In this document: positions 43,704-52,821 of the stretch, piece after piece | Layout: each line of letters starts with the position of its first letter | Numbering within the stretch: the first letter of the stretch is position 1 | DNA from: an uncultured Bacteroidales bacterium | GTDB lineage: Bacteria; Bacteroidota; Bacteroidia; Bacteroidales; Paludibacteraceae | NCBI GenBank assembly: GCA_900319995.1 | Contig: ONQO01000004.1 | Coordinates: 531-64,530, forward strand | Direction: 5' to 3' | Length of the DNA stretch: 64,000 nucleotides | Notes under the pieces: model-generated | The model's database searches: none | Seen by the model: only the letters and a program-made list of their open reading frames with translations | Told to the model about the DNA's origin: nothing | Position numbers and translations under genes: made by a program

Positions 43704-44620
43704 CCGTTTTGATACCGGAAACCGTTGTATGTCCGTTTGGGCTTTAAACCCATATATTTCTCATCCGGCTCCATGATCCATTCCGCATCATAAATCCTCA
43801 CACGGGAAAGACTATCCAGATTCGCCGACACATAAAATTGGTCCAGACACTCCCATTTACCCTGAAACTTGTGTGTCCCCTTATCCGTATCCGCTTTTTT
43901 GAATCTTAAATTTTTAATATCAATTTTTGAATCTTGAATCTTGAATTTTGAATCTTTGTTGAAGTCTCCCATTACCACAATCTTTGCATCCTTGTTTTCC
44001 GCCACAATGCTGTCCGTTGCCTGTAGTAACACTTTCCTCGCCGTTTCCCTTTTCCATTCACTCTCTGACGCTCCGCCACGCTGACTCGGCATATGGCACA
44101 CAAAGAAATGAATAGTATCCCGCTTGTCAATTCTCGCACACACATACAATATATCCCGCGTACTGAATTCTGAATGCTGAATTCTGATAGCTTGTGTATG
44201 CAACGTATCAATCCTCGCCTTCTTATACACCAACGCCACATCGATTCCACGCCTGTCGGGACTATCGTAATGTACAAAACCGTACTCGCGGCGACGCATT
44301 GTCTCGCACAACTTTTTTACTACTTTAGCGTTCTCCACCTCTTGTAATCCTGCTACATCGATTCCTTCCCATTCACCGATATTAGTCAATACACGTGCAA
44401 TATTCTCTGTTTTACGCATGTATCTTGTATAACTCCATCGGCGTAATCCTTCCGGTGTCCACTCATAATCATCCGTTTCCATCCAAGTACTATCCACCAT
44501 TATGCTGTCGTGCTTAGGATGAAAAAGGTTCTCCACATTATAACTTACCACACGTAATACCTCCGCTTCTATATGGATAAAAACGGCTAATAATCCTGTA
44601 ATAAGCCACACATGTTTCAC
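43658..44620 (-). CDS. Endonuclease/exonuclease/phosphatase (EEP) family protein, secreted
   Basis: 320 aa. Motifs: LRVVSYNVENLF, GLQEVEN, VMGDFN, YSDHLPIV. Confidence 0.85.
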   Translation of the reverse strand: MKHVWLITGLLAVFIHIEAEVLRVVSYNVENLFHPKHDSIMVDSTWMETDDYEWTPEGLRRWSYTRYMRKTENIARVLTNIGEWEGIDVAGLQEVENAKVVKKLCETMRRREYGFVHYDSPDRRGIDVALVYKKARIDTLHTQAIRIQHSEFSTRDILYVCARIDKRDTIHFFVCHMPSQRGGASESEWKRETARKVLLQATDSIVAENKDAKIVVMGDFNKDSKFKIQDSKIDIKNLRFKKADTDKGTHKFQGKWECLDQFYVSANLDSLSRVRIYDAEWIMEPDEKYMGLKPKRTYNGFRYQNGYSDHLPIVLEICSK

Positions 44621-44639
44621 GCCTGTCCCGATTTTTTAA

Positions 44640-45905
44640 TTATGCTGTAAGCATTTTTTCTGCCCGTTTAAGCGCTGCAATGAATGTATCTACATCGTTC
44701 TTGTCATTGTATAAACCAAATGAAACACGTACGGTTCCGGGAACACCCAAAAAGTCTATTAGTGGTTCGGCACAATGGTGTCCCGTACGAACAGCTACGC
44801 CTTGTTGGTCTAACAATGTTCCCACATCAAATGGATGAATCAATTGACCGTTATGAATGATATTGAAACTGATTACCCCTACTTTCGTTTGACCTACACC
44901 GTACACCCTACACCCTACACCAATCAACTGCCTCTCACAGTACTCCGTTAATTCCCGCTCATGCGCCTCAATCGCTTCCCAACCTGTCTCCAGTATATAA
45001 TCCAATGCCCTGTGCAGCGCATAAGACCCTACAAAATTAGGTGTCCCGGCTTCGAACTTGTACGGCAACTCATTATACGTCGTTCCTTCCCAACGCACAT
45101 GCTCAATCATCTCTCCTCCACCCTCATGAGGCGGTAACTTATCGAGCCATTCTTTCTTGCCGTACAGCACACCGATACCCGTCGGACCGTACATCTTATG
45201 CCCCGAGAACACCAAAAAATCACAATCCAATGCCTGAACATCCACTCTCATATGCGGCACACTCTGCGCACCGTCGATACAAACCGGAACACCTCGCTCA
45301 TGCGCCAAACGGATAATCTCCTCCACCGGCTGTATCGTACCCAATACATTGCTCACATGTGCCACACTCACCAACTTCGTCTTTTCGTTCAGAAGCCCCT
45401 TAAATGCCTCTATATCGAGCGATAAATCCTCGCGTAAGGGTATTACTTTTAAAACCGCTTTCTTGCGCCCACAGAGCATTTGCCACGGAACAATATTCGA
45501 ATGGTGCTCCAATCCGCTCACTATAATCTCATCGCCCTCCTGAATATAATTTTTGAATTTTGAAATAATCGTTCCCTTGGGATAAGAATTTTGAATTTTG
45601 AATTCTCCCAACGAGAACGCTAACGCATTGATGCTGTCCGTGGTTCCTTTGGTAAAAACAATCTCCTCGGCACTCTTGGCGTTGATAAAATCCGCCACGG
45701 CTTGTCGTGCTTCCTCATGTTTCATCGTCGCCACCTGACTCAGATGATGCACACCGCGGTGGATATTACTGTTCCAATGACTGTACGCCTCTACAATCGC
45801 ATCAATCACCTGTTGCGGTTTCTGACTCGTCGCAGCATTATCCAAATACACCAACTTCCGCCCGTGTACTTTCTCATTCAATATCGGAAAATCTTCTCTA
45901 TTCAT
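44640..45905 (-). CDS. sufS: Cysteine desulfurase, SufS subfamily
   Basis: Start MNREDFPILN at 45905. Motifs: LDNAATSQKP, EHHSNIVPW, FSGHKMYGPTGIGVLYG, RTGHHCAEP. Confidence 0.92.
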   Translation of the reverse strand: MNREDFPILNEKVHGRKLVYLDNAATSQKPQQVIDAIVEAYSHWNSNIHRGVHHLSQVATMKHEEARQAVADFINAKSAEEIVFTKGTTDSINALAFSLGEFKIQNSYPKGTIISKFKNYIQEGDEIIVSGLEHHSNIVPWQMLCGRKKAVLKVIPLREDLSLDIEAFKGLLNEKTKLVSVAHVSNVLGTIQPVEEIIRLAHERGVPVCIDGAQSVPHMRVDVQALDCDFLVFSGHKMYGPTGIGVLYGKKEWLDKLPPHEGGGEMIEHVRWEGTTYNELPYKFEAGTPNFVGSYALHRALDYILETGWEAIEAHERELTEYCERQLIGVGCRVYGVGQTKVGVISFNIIHNGQLIHPFDVGTLLDQQGVAVRTGHHCAEPLIDFLGVPGTVRVSFGLYNDKNDVDTFIAALKRAEKMLTA

Positions 45906-45913
45906 AGCTTTTC

Positions 45914-47029
45914 TCATTTCTTGATAGTTCTTGTTTTCTCTCCCAATACACACCATCTGACAACAGGGATACGGCGTATCAGTTCCACTAACAGCGGCGA
46001 CAACGCAAATACAGCAACCGTAAGCAGCACGTACATTGCAACCGGAGGAAGCGTTGTATAAACCTTCATACTATATCCCAAACCGGATATAAATATATAG
46101 TGAACGACATAGATACCAAAACTGTTGCGGCACATATAATCCGCAAACTTGGATTTCCGCTCATCAAAACAGGCTGCGAACCATCCGATCATAGCAAGGC
46201 ACATCAGCCATCCATACACGCAGTTGAGCGGACTGCTCAGGTACGCCGGAGTAGTGTTATCTTCGCCGAAAGTAGTAATTAACAATACTATTCCGCTTGC
46301 TACGGCGCACACCATCAGTGCTACCCATCCTCTTCGCAAAGCCGCTATCCCATTTTCATGCGAGAAGACGAAGTATCCGCTCAAAAAGAAAATGAGGTAA
46401 AAGAACGGTTTGTAGCCGTTGTAAAGACCGTCCAAACTTTCGGGACGAGGGTGCATAATCAGCGTTCGGGTACCTAACCAATACACTACCCCCAACAGGA
46501 TAATTCCTGCCAAACCCATCTTCCCACAGAACCCGTAGAACCGATCTTGTGCATCCACCTTCCGAACGAGCAGCAAAACCAGACTGAACAACCATAGATC
46601 CTGTATAAACCATAACGGACCTGTTCCGCTCAGCGACCATGCCATATACTTGATGATACCCGGAGTATCGGCAAGCATGTCTATTCCATTCGTATAACTA
46701 AGTGTATGCGTGTTGAAATAACCTGCAATCCATTGAAAAACAAATAATCCGATGGTGGCGGGCACTAACAGCTTGCGGGTGCGGCTTTGAAACCACTCTT
46801 TCTCCGAATGTGCATCCAATGCGTACCGGGCACTGATGCCTGCCAGCAAGAACAAAAGAGGCATGAACCAAGGATAGAGCAGATACATCACAAAATCTTG
46901 GTACTGAGGACCTCCGAAACCACCTATTCCGCCTACTACCCCTTTGCCGTTGTAGTAGTAAATAACGTGGTAAAAGAGTACCAGCAGTACGGTCACCCAA
47001 CGCAAATTATCAATCCAATGTTTTCTCAT
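45914..47029 (-). CDS. Acyltransferase family 3 membrane protein (OpgC-like)
   Basis: 371 aa with about 10 TM helices. N-terminal IDNLRWVTVLLVLFYHV. Confidence 0.75.
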   Translation of the reverse strand: MRKHWIDNLRWVTVLLVLFYHVIYYYNGKGVVGGIGGFGGPQYQDFVMYLLYPWFMPLLFLLAGISARYALDAHSEKEWFQSRTRKLLVPATIGLFVFQWIAGYFNTHTLSYTNGIDMLADTPGIIKYMAWSLSGTGPLWFIQDLWLFSLVLLLVRKVDAQDRFYGFCGKMGLAGIILLGVVYWLGTRTLIMHPRPESLDGLYNGYKPFFYLIFFLSGYFVFSHENGIAALRRGWVALMVCAVASGIVLLITTFGEDNTTPAYLSSPLNCVYGWLMCLAMIGWFAACFDERKSKFADYMCRNSFGIYVVHYIFISGLGYSMKVYTTLPPVAMYVLLTVAVFALSPLLVELIRRIPVVRWCVLGEKTRTIKK

Positions 47030-47035
47030 TTGTCC

Positions 47036-48040
47036 TTACGGTTTATAATAACTCTCTTCCAGTATCTTCTGTGAGTCACCTTCCTCTATCAGTTCTTGCA
47101 GCGTGACGTTCTTGTTATGCTCCATGTAACTCTCCACAATCCGCCAACCAAGCCAAACGCCCAACCGTCCGGGCGAGTCCTGAGAAATTTCCGAAGTGAA
47201 TGGACCTTCATTCAAATAACTGCTCAGTACAAGGCTTTCTGTTTTAAATAAATCCCGTTTGTCCATCACTAAATGCCATATAGCCTGTTCGTTACGTACA
47301 CACCAATCCCATTCATCTTTCGTCCAGCCCATTATTTCATAACCCGGAAGATCATCAAAGATTTGTGCTGTCAGATACATGATTTTACCGCGATAGAGCA
47401 TTTGGTCCAGTAAACGGCTTTTTGTGCTTGTATACGGTAATGTGCGGAATAGATATGCGCTTACTACATCGACAGGGATACACTCCTTTCGCATTGTTTG
47501 CTTTTGGTAGTTATATACCACGCGGTTATAGTACTCGTACTCGCTACCCAAATACATATCCGCTCCTATTCCTATTAGGTCATCTTCAAAAAAGATAGGC
47601 GTTACAAAACCGGATACAAACAGATAAATTGCCGGTATTTCGGTGTCTGGATACAAATAATGAATTCGCCCGAATGCTTTGTTGATTGAATATTGAATGT
47701 CAGATATATCTGCAAATATTTCCTGCTCGAGACGGTTGGTTTGTTGAAAACCGTACATCGTATCGTTTAAAAACTGCGGCAATTGTTGTTCCAGATAAGC
47801 CGTGTCAGCACTCGGAATACCTAAAATATCTTCCACCCACAGCGGCATAAACTCCGGATATTCCTCATACAGAACACGGATATCATGTGCCACACTCGCC
47901 TCATGAACATTCATCAAAGCATTATCAAACCGCACAATTTCAATTTCTTGCGGCTCTATATCTTTCGGGAAATAGGTCCTCCCTTTCTGACAAGCGGTCA
48001 GTAAAACCGCACACCCTATAAACCAAAAAAACTTTTTCAT
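47036..48040 (-). CDS. gldB: Gliding-motility-type lipoprotein GldB
   Basis: 334 aa. Lipobox LLTAC, IEIVRFDNAL, and SPGRLGVWLGWRIVESYMEHN...YYKP. It is collinear with Flavobacterium GldB as I recall that sequence. Confidence 0.7.
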   Translation of the reverse strand: MKKFFWFIGCAVLLTACQKGRTYFPKDIEPQEIEIVRFDNALMNVHEASVAHDIRVLYEEYPEFMPLWVEDILGIPSADTAYLEQQLPQFLNDTMYGFQQTNRLEQEIFADISDIQYSINKAFGRIHYLYPDTEIPAIYLFVSGFVTPIFFEDDLIGIGADMYLGSEYEYYNRVVYNYQKQTMRKECIPVDVVSAYLFRTLPYTSTKSRLLDQMLYRGKIMYLTAQIFDDLPGYEIMGWTKDEWDWCVRNEQAIWHLVMDKRDLFKTESLVLSSYLNEGPFTSEISQDSPGRLGVWLGWRIVESYMEHNKNVTLQELIEEGDSQKILEESYYKP

Positions 48041-48042
48041 TT

Positions 48043-48945
48043 CTATTCTAACGCAAAATTAACTGGAACGGTATATTTCACTCTCACAGGTTCGCCGCGT
48101 TTCTTTCCAGGTATCCATTTCGGCATCGAGCGGAGTACCCTTATCGCCTCTTTGTCCAAAAGCGGATGACCGCCGCTTCGAACAACCTTGACGTCCTCTA
48201 TCTTACCGTTCTTGGCTACCATAAACTGACAAATAACCCTGCCCTGAATGCCTCCTTTCTGACATTCAATAGGATACTGAACGGACTTGGAAAGGAAATA
48301 TATCAACTCTTCTTGTCCACCCGAATACTCAGGCATCGTTTTGTACGGCACGAAACCCAAAGGTGCCTCTTTGGTCACATTACCTGCTTCGTTATAAAAA
48401 GTCAACGAATACGCATCTTTCCCTTCTTTTGTCTCATGGAACTGCAAATTACCATTGGGAAAATAACCCTTCCGGTCATATGTTTCCTCTCGTTTGCTAC
48501 CCTTGTAACTAATCGTCACTTCTTCCTGTTTCATGCCATCCGGATACATTAGTGTCTCAGAAACAGGAAGGCTGATAGTGTAGCCGTTTTTGGCATTGTG
48601 GAACAATGCGTACACATCTATCTCACGGAGCGTCCCGTCCGCATAAAAATATCGCTGTTCGCCTTTTTGCGTGTTGTATCCTTCACCCGAAGCAATACGG
48701 TTCCATATGGCATGCAATGTATTGTCCTTCTTGTCGTAAACCGCTATACTGGCGATATTGTCAGCGTTAACGTCCTTCACTACACCATAGTATGCCGCTT
48801 TCTTCGCTTTTTTAGCAGGCATGGGTTGGTACTCCTGATCAAGATACAACGTTTCTCCTGATACATAGGCGTTTGGAGCACTTTCTGCTGTGGTATAAAT
48901 AAACGGTAGAACAGCTAAAAAAAGTCCGTAAATTATCTTTTTCAT
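48043..48945 (-). CDS. TonB C-terminal-domain protein with N-terminal MORN-like repeats
   Basis: C-terminus PEYSGGQEELIYFLSKSVQYP...GIQGRVICQFMVAKNGKIEDVKVVRS....LDKEAIRVLRSMPKWIPGKKRGEPVRV. The start is taken at MKKIIYGLF (48945); the alternative is 48969. Confidence 0.75.
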   Translation of the reverse strand: MKKIIYGLFLAVLPFIYTTAESAPNAYVSGETLYLDQEYQPMPAKKAKKAAYYGVVKDVNADNIASIAVYDKKDNTLHAIWNRIASGEGYNTQKGEQRYFYADGTLREIDVYALFHNAKNGYTISLPVSETLMYPDGMKQEEVTISYKGSKREETYDRKGYFPNGNLQFHETKEGKDAYSLTFYNEAGNVTKEAPLGFVPYKTMPEYSGGQEELIYFLSKSVQYPIECQKGGIQGRVICQFMVAKNGKIEDVKVVRSGGHPLLDKEAIRVLRSMPKWIPGKKRGEPVRVKYTVPVNFALE

Positions 48946-48952
48946 AATGATA

Positions 48953-49612
48953 TTAGTTTGTCTTTTCAATCACTCCGTCCTTTATTTCTATGATTCGGTC
49001 TGCTATGCTCGCTAACTCTTTGTCATGAGTCACAAGAAGGATAGTCTGCCCGTATTCTTTTCTGAGCTTAAGCAGCAATTCGCTCAATTCTTTCTTGTTC
49101 TTCTCGTCCAAACTGCCCGTCGGTTCGTCTGCCAGAATAATATCCGGACTCATCATTAATGCTCGGGCTGCGGCTACGCGCTGTTTCTCGCCGCCGGACA
49201 ACTCATTCGGCTTGTGTTCCATACGGTCTGCCAAACCCAAATCTCTCAACAATTTCTCCGCGCGAGGCTTGTAATCAGACTCTTTCTCATGAGCTATCAT
49301 TGACGGAATGCAAACATTCTCCAAGGCCGTGAACTCCGGTAACAATTGGTGGAACTGAAATATAAAACCTATATGCCGGTTCCTGAATGAAGCCAACTCA
49401 CGGTCTTTCATGGCAAACAAGTCTGTGCCATCTATGAAAACCTGTCCTTTGGTCGGCCTATCCAACGTGCCAATAATTTGCAAAAGCGTCGTCTTTCCGG
49501 CTCCTGATTTACCTACAATGGCGACTATCTCACCTTTCTCAATTCTCAGATTAACGCCTTTTAACACCTGTAAATCTCCAAATGACTTCCATATATCTTT
49601 TATTTCTATCAT
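48953..49612 (-). CDS. ABC transporter ATP-binding protein (LolD/MacB-type)
   Basis: 219 aa. Walker [10 protein letters not shown], signature LSGGEKQR, Walker B ILADEPTG. Confidence 0.9.
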   Translation of the reverse strand: MIEIKDIWKSFGDLQVLKGVNLRIEKGEIVAIVGKSGAGKTTLLQIIGTLDRPTKGQVFIDGTDLFAMKDRELASFRNRHIGFIFQFHQLLPEFTALENVCIPSMIAHEKESDYKPRAEKLLRDLGLADRMEHKPNELSGGEKQRVAAARALMMSPDIILADEPTGSLDEKNKKELSELLLKLRKEYGQTILLVTHDKELASIADRIIEIKDGVIEKTN

Positions 49613-49650
49613 AACTTTATGCTCTATTTTATAATAACACCAGGTAGGAT

Positions 49651-49887
49651 TTATAATTTCTTTCCTGTAACATCATATTTTTCATTGTTTCGGATTATTA
49701 TTACATGATCGTCTTCAATGATTTTGAAAACATTGTTGCTATTAGTTCGCGTTCGTAGTACGACGGGTTCGTGGAGGGAACCATAGTGGGTATTAGGATC
49801 GTACAGGATTGGTGATTGACTCCTGTTGATTGGTTCCAATGGAGTTCCGTCTTCCGTCTCAAACCGCAACTCATCTTTAATCTTCAA
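49651..49887 (-). CDS. Orphan 78-aa protein carrying only the surface-protein C-terminal tail motif
   Basis: [23 protein letters not shown]...[28 protein letters not shown]. No signal peptide. Overlaps the tsaE stop by 11 nt. Confidence 0.45.
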   Translation of the reverse strand: MKIKDELRFETEDGTPLEPINRSQSPILYDPNTHYGSLHEPVVLRTRTNSNNVFKIIEDDHVIIIRNNEKYDVTGKKL

Positions 49888-50341
49888 TAACTAATCTCCT
49901 GTCTCCATTCTCCAAAGGAACTATTTTTATCCAAACTGTATCGTCCGGCAATAGTGACTCAATCTTTTCAGGCCATTCGATGAAGCAGTAGTTGCCGGAA
50001 TAGAGATAATCCTCCGCTCCGAAATCAATCGCCTCGCGGATGTCCTTCAGCCGGTAACAATCGAAATGATACACTTCACCTCGGTATGGGTGTTCCACGT
50101 CATATACATTGACGATGGCAAAAGTAGGACTATTCACTATATCGGTACTACCCATCTCCTCGCACAACTTCTTAATGAATGTTGTCTTACCTGCACCCAT
50201 CTGACCGTCGAATGCGAATACGCGACGCGATCCCGTTTGTCCGAGAATTTCCAGTGGACTTACCTCTTCGCCATGCTCATTGAGCAAAATCAGGGTTTCT
50301 GAGTGCTCATAAACTCCTTTTTTTATCGTATAAATACTCAT
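49877..50341 (-). CDS. tsaE: tRNA t6A37 biosynthesis ATPase TsaE
   Basis: 154 aa. Motifs: GQMGAGKTTF, SPTFAIVNVY, HFDCYRL. Confidence 0.9.
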   Translation of the reverse strand: MSIYTIKKGVYEHSETLILLNEHGEEVSPLEILGQTGSRRVFAFDGQMGAGKTTFIKKLCEEMGSTDIVNSPTFAIVNVYDVEHPYRGEVYHFDCYRLKDIREAIDFGAEDYLYSGNYCFIEWPEKIESLLPDDTVWIKIVPLENGDRRLVIED

Positions 50342-50363
50342 ATTCGTGATTTTTATTCAATTC

Positions 50364-52199
50364 TCAGAGGCTTATTTTGGCCTTTATTTGCTCGTAAATA
50401 GCTGAACCTCTGCTCTTTCCGAGTAATTTAATCCATTCGTCTTTCGGGGCGCTTCCAGCGCGCTTAACTGAACCGAAATGTTGTAGTATTTTTTGCTTGG
50501 TTACTTCGCCAACTCCTTGAATATCATCGAGTTGGCTATGGATTTGTGCCTTGCTACGCTTTGATTTATGGTATGAAATGGCAAACCTGTGTACTTCATC
50601 CTGTATATTGGTTAACAGATGGAACACTTCACTCGTTACGGGCATGCTAATTTCTTTCGGCGGAAAACCAAACAATAATGTTTGTGTCCGGTGTTTGTCA
50701 TTTTTCTTCAATCCCGCTATCGGTATGCTCAAACCTAACATATCTTCCACAGCTTCACGGATGGCATGCATCTGACCTATTCCTCCATCAGCGATAATCA
50801 AATCCGGCATTGGATCGTTTTCATCGAGCAAATGTTGATACCTCCTTCGTACGACTTCGCGCATACTGCCATAGTCATCTGCTCCTTCGACTGTCTTTAT
50901 CTCAAACCGTTTGTAATCGCTCTTGCTTGGTTTGGCCATCCGGTAAACAACACAGCCGGCTACAGCGTTCGTACCTTGTATATTTGAGTTATCGAAGCAA
51001 TCAATCCATCGTGGCAGAGTATTCAGACCCATCATCTGCTGAAGTTCCTTTAAAATGCGCACACCGCGTTGCTCTGGATTGAGTTTGTCTTCTTGTTTTA
51101 ATCGGTCCATTTTGTACTGACGTACGTTTTGCATAGCAAGGTCAAGCAGCTTTTTTCTATCTCCACCCACGGCTATATACACATGTAATGAATCATCAAA
51201 TACCTCCGGAATGAACGGAACAATCACCTCTTTCGTTTCGCTTTCAAGGCGTTCACGCAACTCCATCATACCCATTGCTAATAGTTCTTCCTTCTCTTCC
51301 TCCATCTTGCGTCGATACTCAATCGTTTGTCCTTGTACTATGGAGCCGTTATGGACATGTAGCATTGATATATATACTTTGTCCTCCTGCTCGTCATACC
51401 CGAATACATCCACATCTTTTGCCGATGAATTCGTGATAATAGTCTTGCTCTTGAACTGCTCCAGCAACTCTATCTTATGCTTGATTTCAGCTGCTTCTTC
51501 AAACTTAAGTTCCGACGATTTCAACAGCATCTCTTCCTCCAGTTGCTTCCCTATCTCATGTCCATCTCCCTTTATTATCTTTCGTGCTTGCTCAATCCAC
51601 TGTTGGTATTCTTCTTGCCCCTTTCCTTCACATATCCCACAACAATTTCTGAGGTGGTATTTAAGGCACACACGCATCTTCTTTTTTTCGATGGAATCGT
51701 TAGTAATTGGAATATTACATGTCCGGATAGGGAAGAGTTTGTGTATCAATTCTAACACCATCTCCACCGTGTACCCGAAGCTGTAAGGTCCGTAGTACTC
51801 TCCGGACTTTTTATTGATCGTTCGTGTCTTGAAGATTCTGGGATATGGCTCGCGTGTGATGCAGATAGACGGATAGCTCTTTCCGTCTTTCAGTAAGATG
51901 TTATAATGTGGTTGATATTGCTTAATGAGATTATTCTCCAGCAGAAAAGCATCTTGTTCACTCTCTACTACCACATAGCGTATATCCGCGATGTGCGCCA
52001 CCAACTGACGTGTCTTCGAGGATTGATGATCTTTGTTGAAATAACTATTAACGCGCCTGTGCAGGTTCTTGGCTTTACCAACATAGATAATCTGCCCTTC
52101 CTTGTCAAAGTACTGGTACACTCCAGGACTCTCAGGAATGCGCTTTAGTAGCAATGTAATATGATTATCTTTTGTGACCATTAACTTTTCAGCATCCAA
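50364..52199 (-). CDS. uvrC: Excinuclease ABC subunit C
   Basis: 611 aa. GIY-YIG domain (GVYQYFDKEGQIIYVGKAKNLHRRVNSY), a UVR domain, and a C-terminal (HhH)2. Confidence 0.95.
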   Translation of the reverse strand: MDAEKLMVTKDNHITLLLKRIPESPGVYQYFDKEGQIIYVGKAKNLHRRVNSYFNKDHQSSKTRQLVAHIADIRYVVVESEQDAFLLENNLIKQYQPHYNILLKDGKSYPSICITREPYPRIFKTRTINKKSGEYYGPYSFGYTVEMVLELIHKLFPIRTCNIPITNDSIEKKKMRVCLKYHLRNCCGICEGKGQEEYQQWIEQARKIIKGDGHEIGKQLEEEMLLKSSELKFEEAAEIKHKIELLEQFKSKTIITNSSAKDVDVFGYDEQEDKVYISMLHVHNGSIVQGQTIEYRRKMEEEKEELLAMGMMELRERLESETKEVIVPFIPEVFDDSLHVYIAVGGDRKKLLDLAMQNVRQYKMDRLKQEDKLNPEQRGVRILKELQQMMGLNTLPRWIDCFDNSNIQGTNAVAGCVVYRMAKPSKSDYKRFEIKTVEGADDYGSMREVVRRRYQHLLDENDPMPDLIIADGGIGQMHAIREAVEDMLGLSIPIAGLKKNDKHRTQTLLFGFPPKEISMPVTSEVFHLLTNIQDEVHRFAISYHKSKRSKAQIHSQLDDIQGVGEVTKQKILQHFGSVKRAGSAPKDEWIKLLGKSRGSAIYEQIKAKISL

Positions 52200-52208
52200 G
52201 CTATACTT

Positions 52209-52748
52209 TTACTCATCAACCTCTATTTCGAATAGGCAATCTACATTCTCTGTCTTCCCTTCTAACAGTTTTCTTCCGTTCAAACCTTCCAGTTCAATTA
52301 TGAAATTAGTATAGATTTTCTTTACGCCTAATTTCTTCACCAACTCAATAGCTGCGGCCATTGAACCACCAGTAGCAAGAATATCATCATGTATCAGCAC
52401 AATATCACTTTCCTTTAATGCATCCTTATGCATCTGTATTGTATCTATCCCGTACTCTTTGGCATAACTTACCTCCACTGTGTCAGCTGGTAACTTGCCC
52501 GGCTTGCGAATAGGAACAAATCCTGCTCCTATTTCCATCGCTACTGCTGGTGCGAGAATAAAACCACGAGATTCTATTCCAACAACCTGCGTAATGCCTA
52601 ATCCTTTATAATGATCTACAATCTCATCCCGCATCCATTTTAAACATTCCGGTTTGTTTAATGCGGTTGTGATGTCCTTGAACTGAATACCTTTTATAGG
52701 AAAATCAGGTACGTTCCTAATCGCTGCTTTTGCTTCTTCTGCACTCAT
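52209..52748 (-). CDS. apt: Adenine phosphoribosyltransferase
   Basis: 179 aa. Motifs: FPIKGIQFKDIT, ESRGF, and the PRPP loop VLIHDDILATGGS. Confidence 0.93.
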   Translation of the reverse strand: MSAEEAKAAIRNVPDFPIKGIQFKDITTALNKPECLKWMRDEIVDHYKGLGITQVVGIESRGFILAPAVAMEIGAGFVPIRKPGKLPADTVEVSYAKEYGIDTIQMHKDALKESDIVLIHDDILATGGSMAAAIELVKKLGVKKIYTNFIIELEGLNGRKLLEGKTENVDCLFEIEVDE

Positions 52749-52821
52749 ATATTATCAATTATCTGTTAATGTTGTTCCACGTGAAACATTATTAGTAGTT
52801 TGCTATGCAAACTAATTCTAC

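Noticed and set aside
52765-52815. Hairpins and a CACGTG palindrome between mnmG and apt as a regulatory site
   Set aside because: The stems are short (6-7 bp) and there is no repeat elsewhere in the window. This is most simply a weak terminator or spacer structure.
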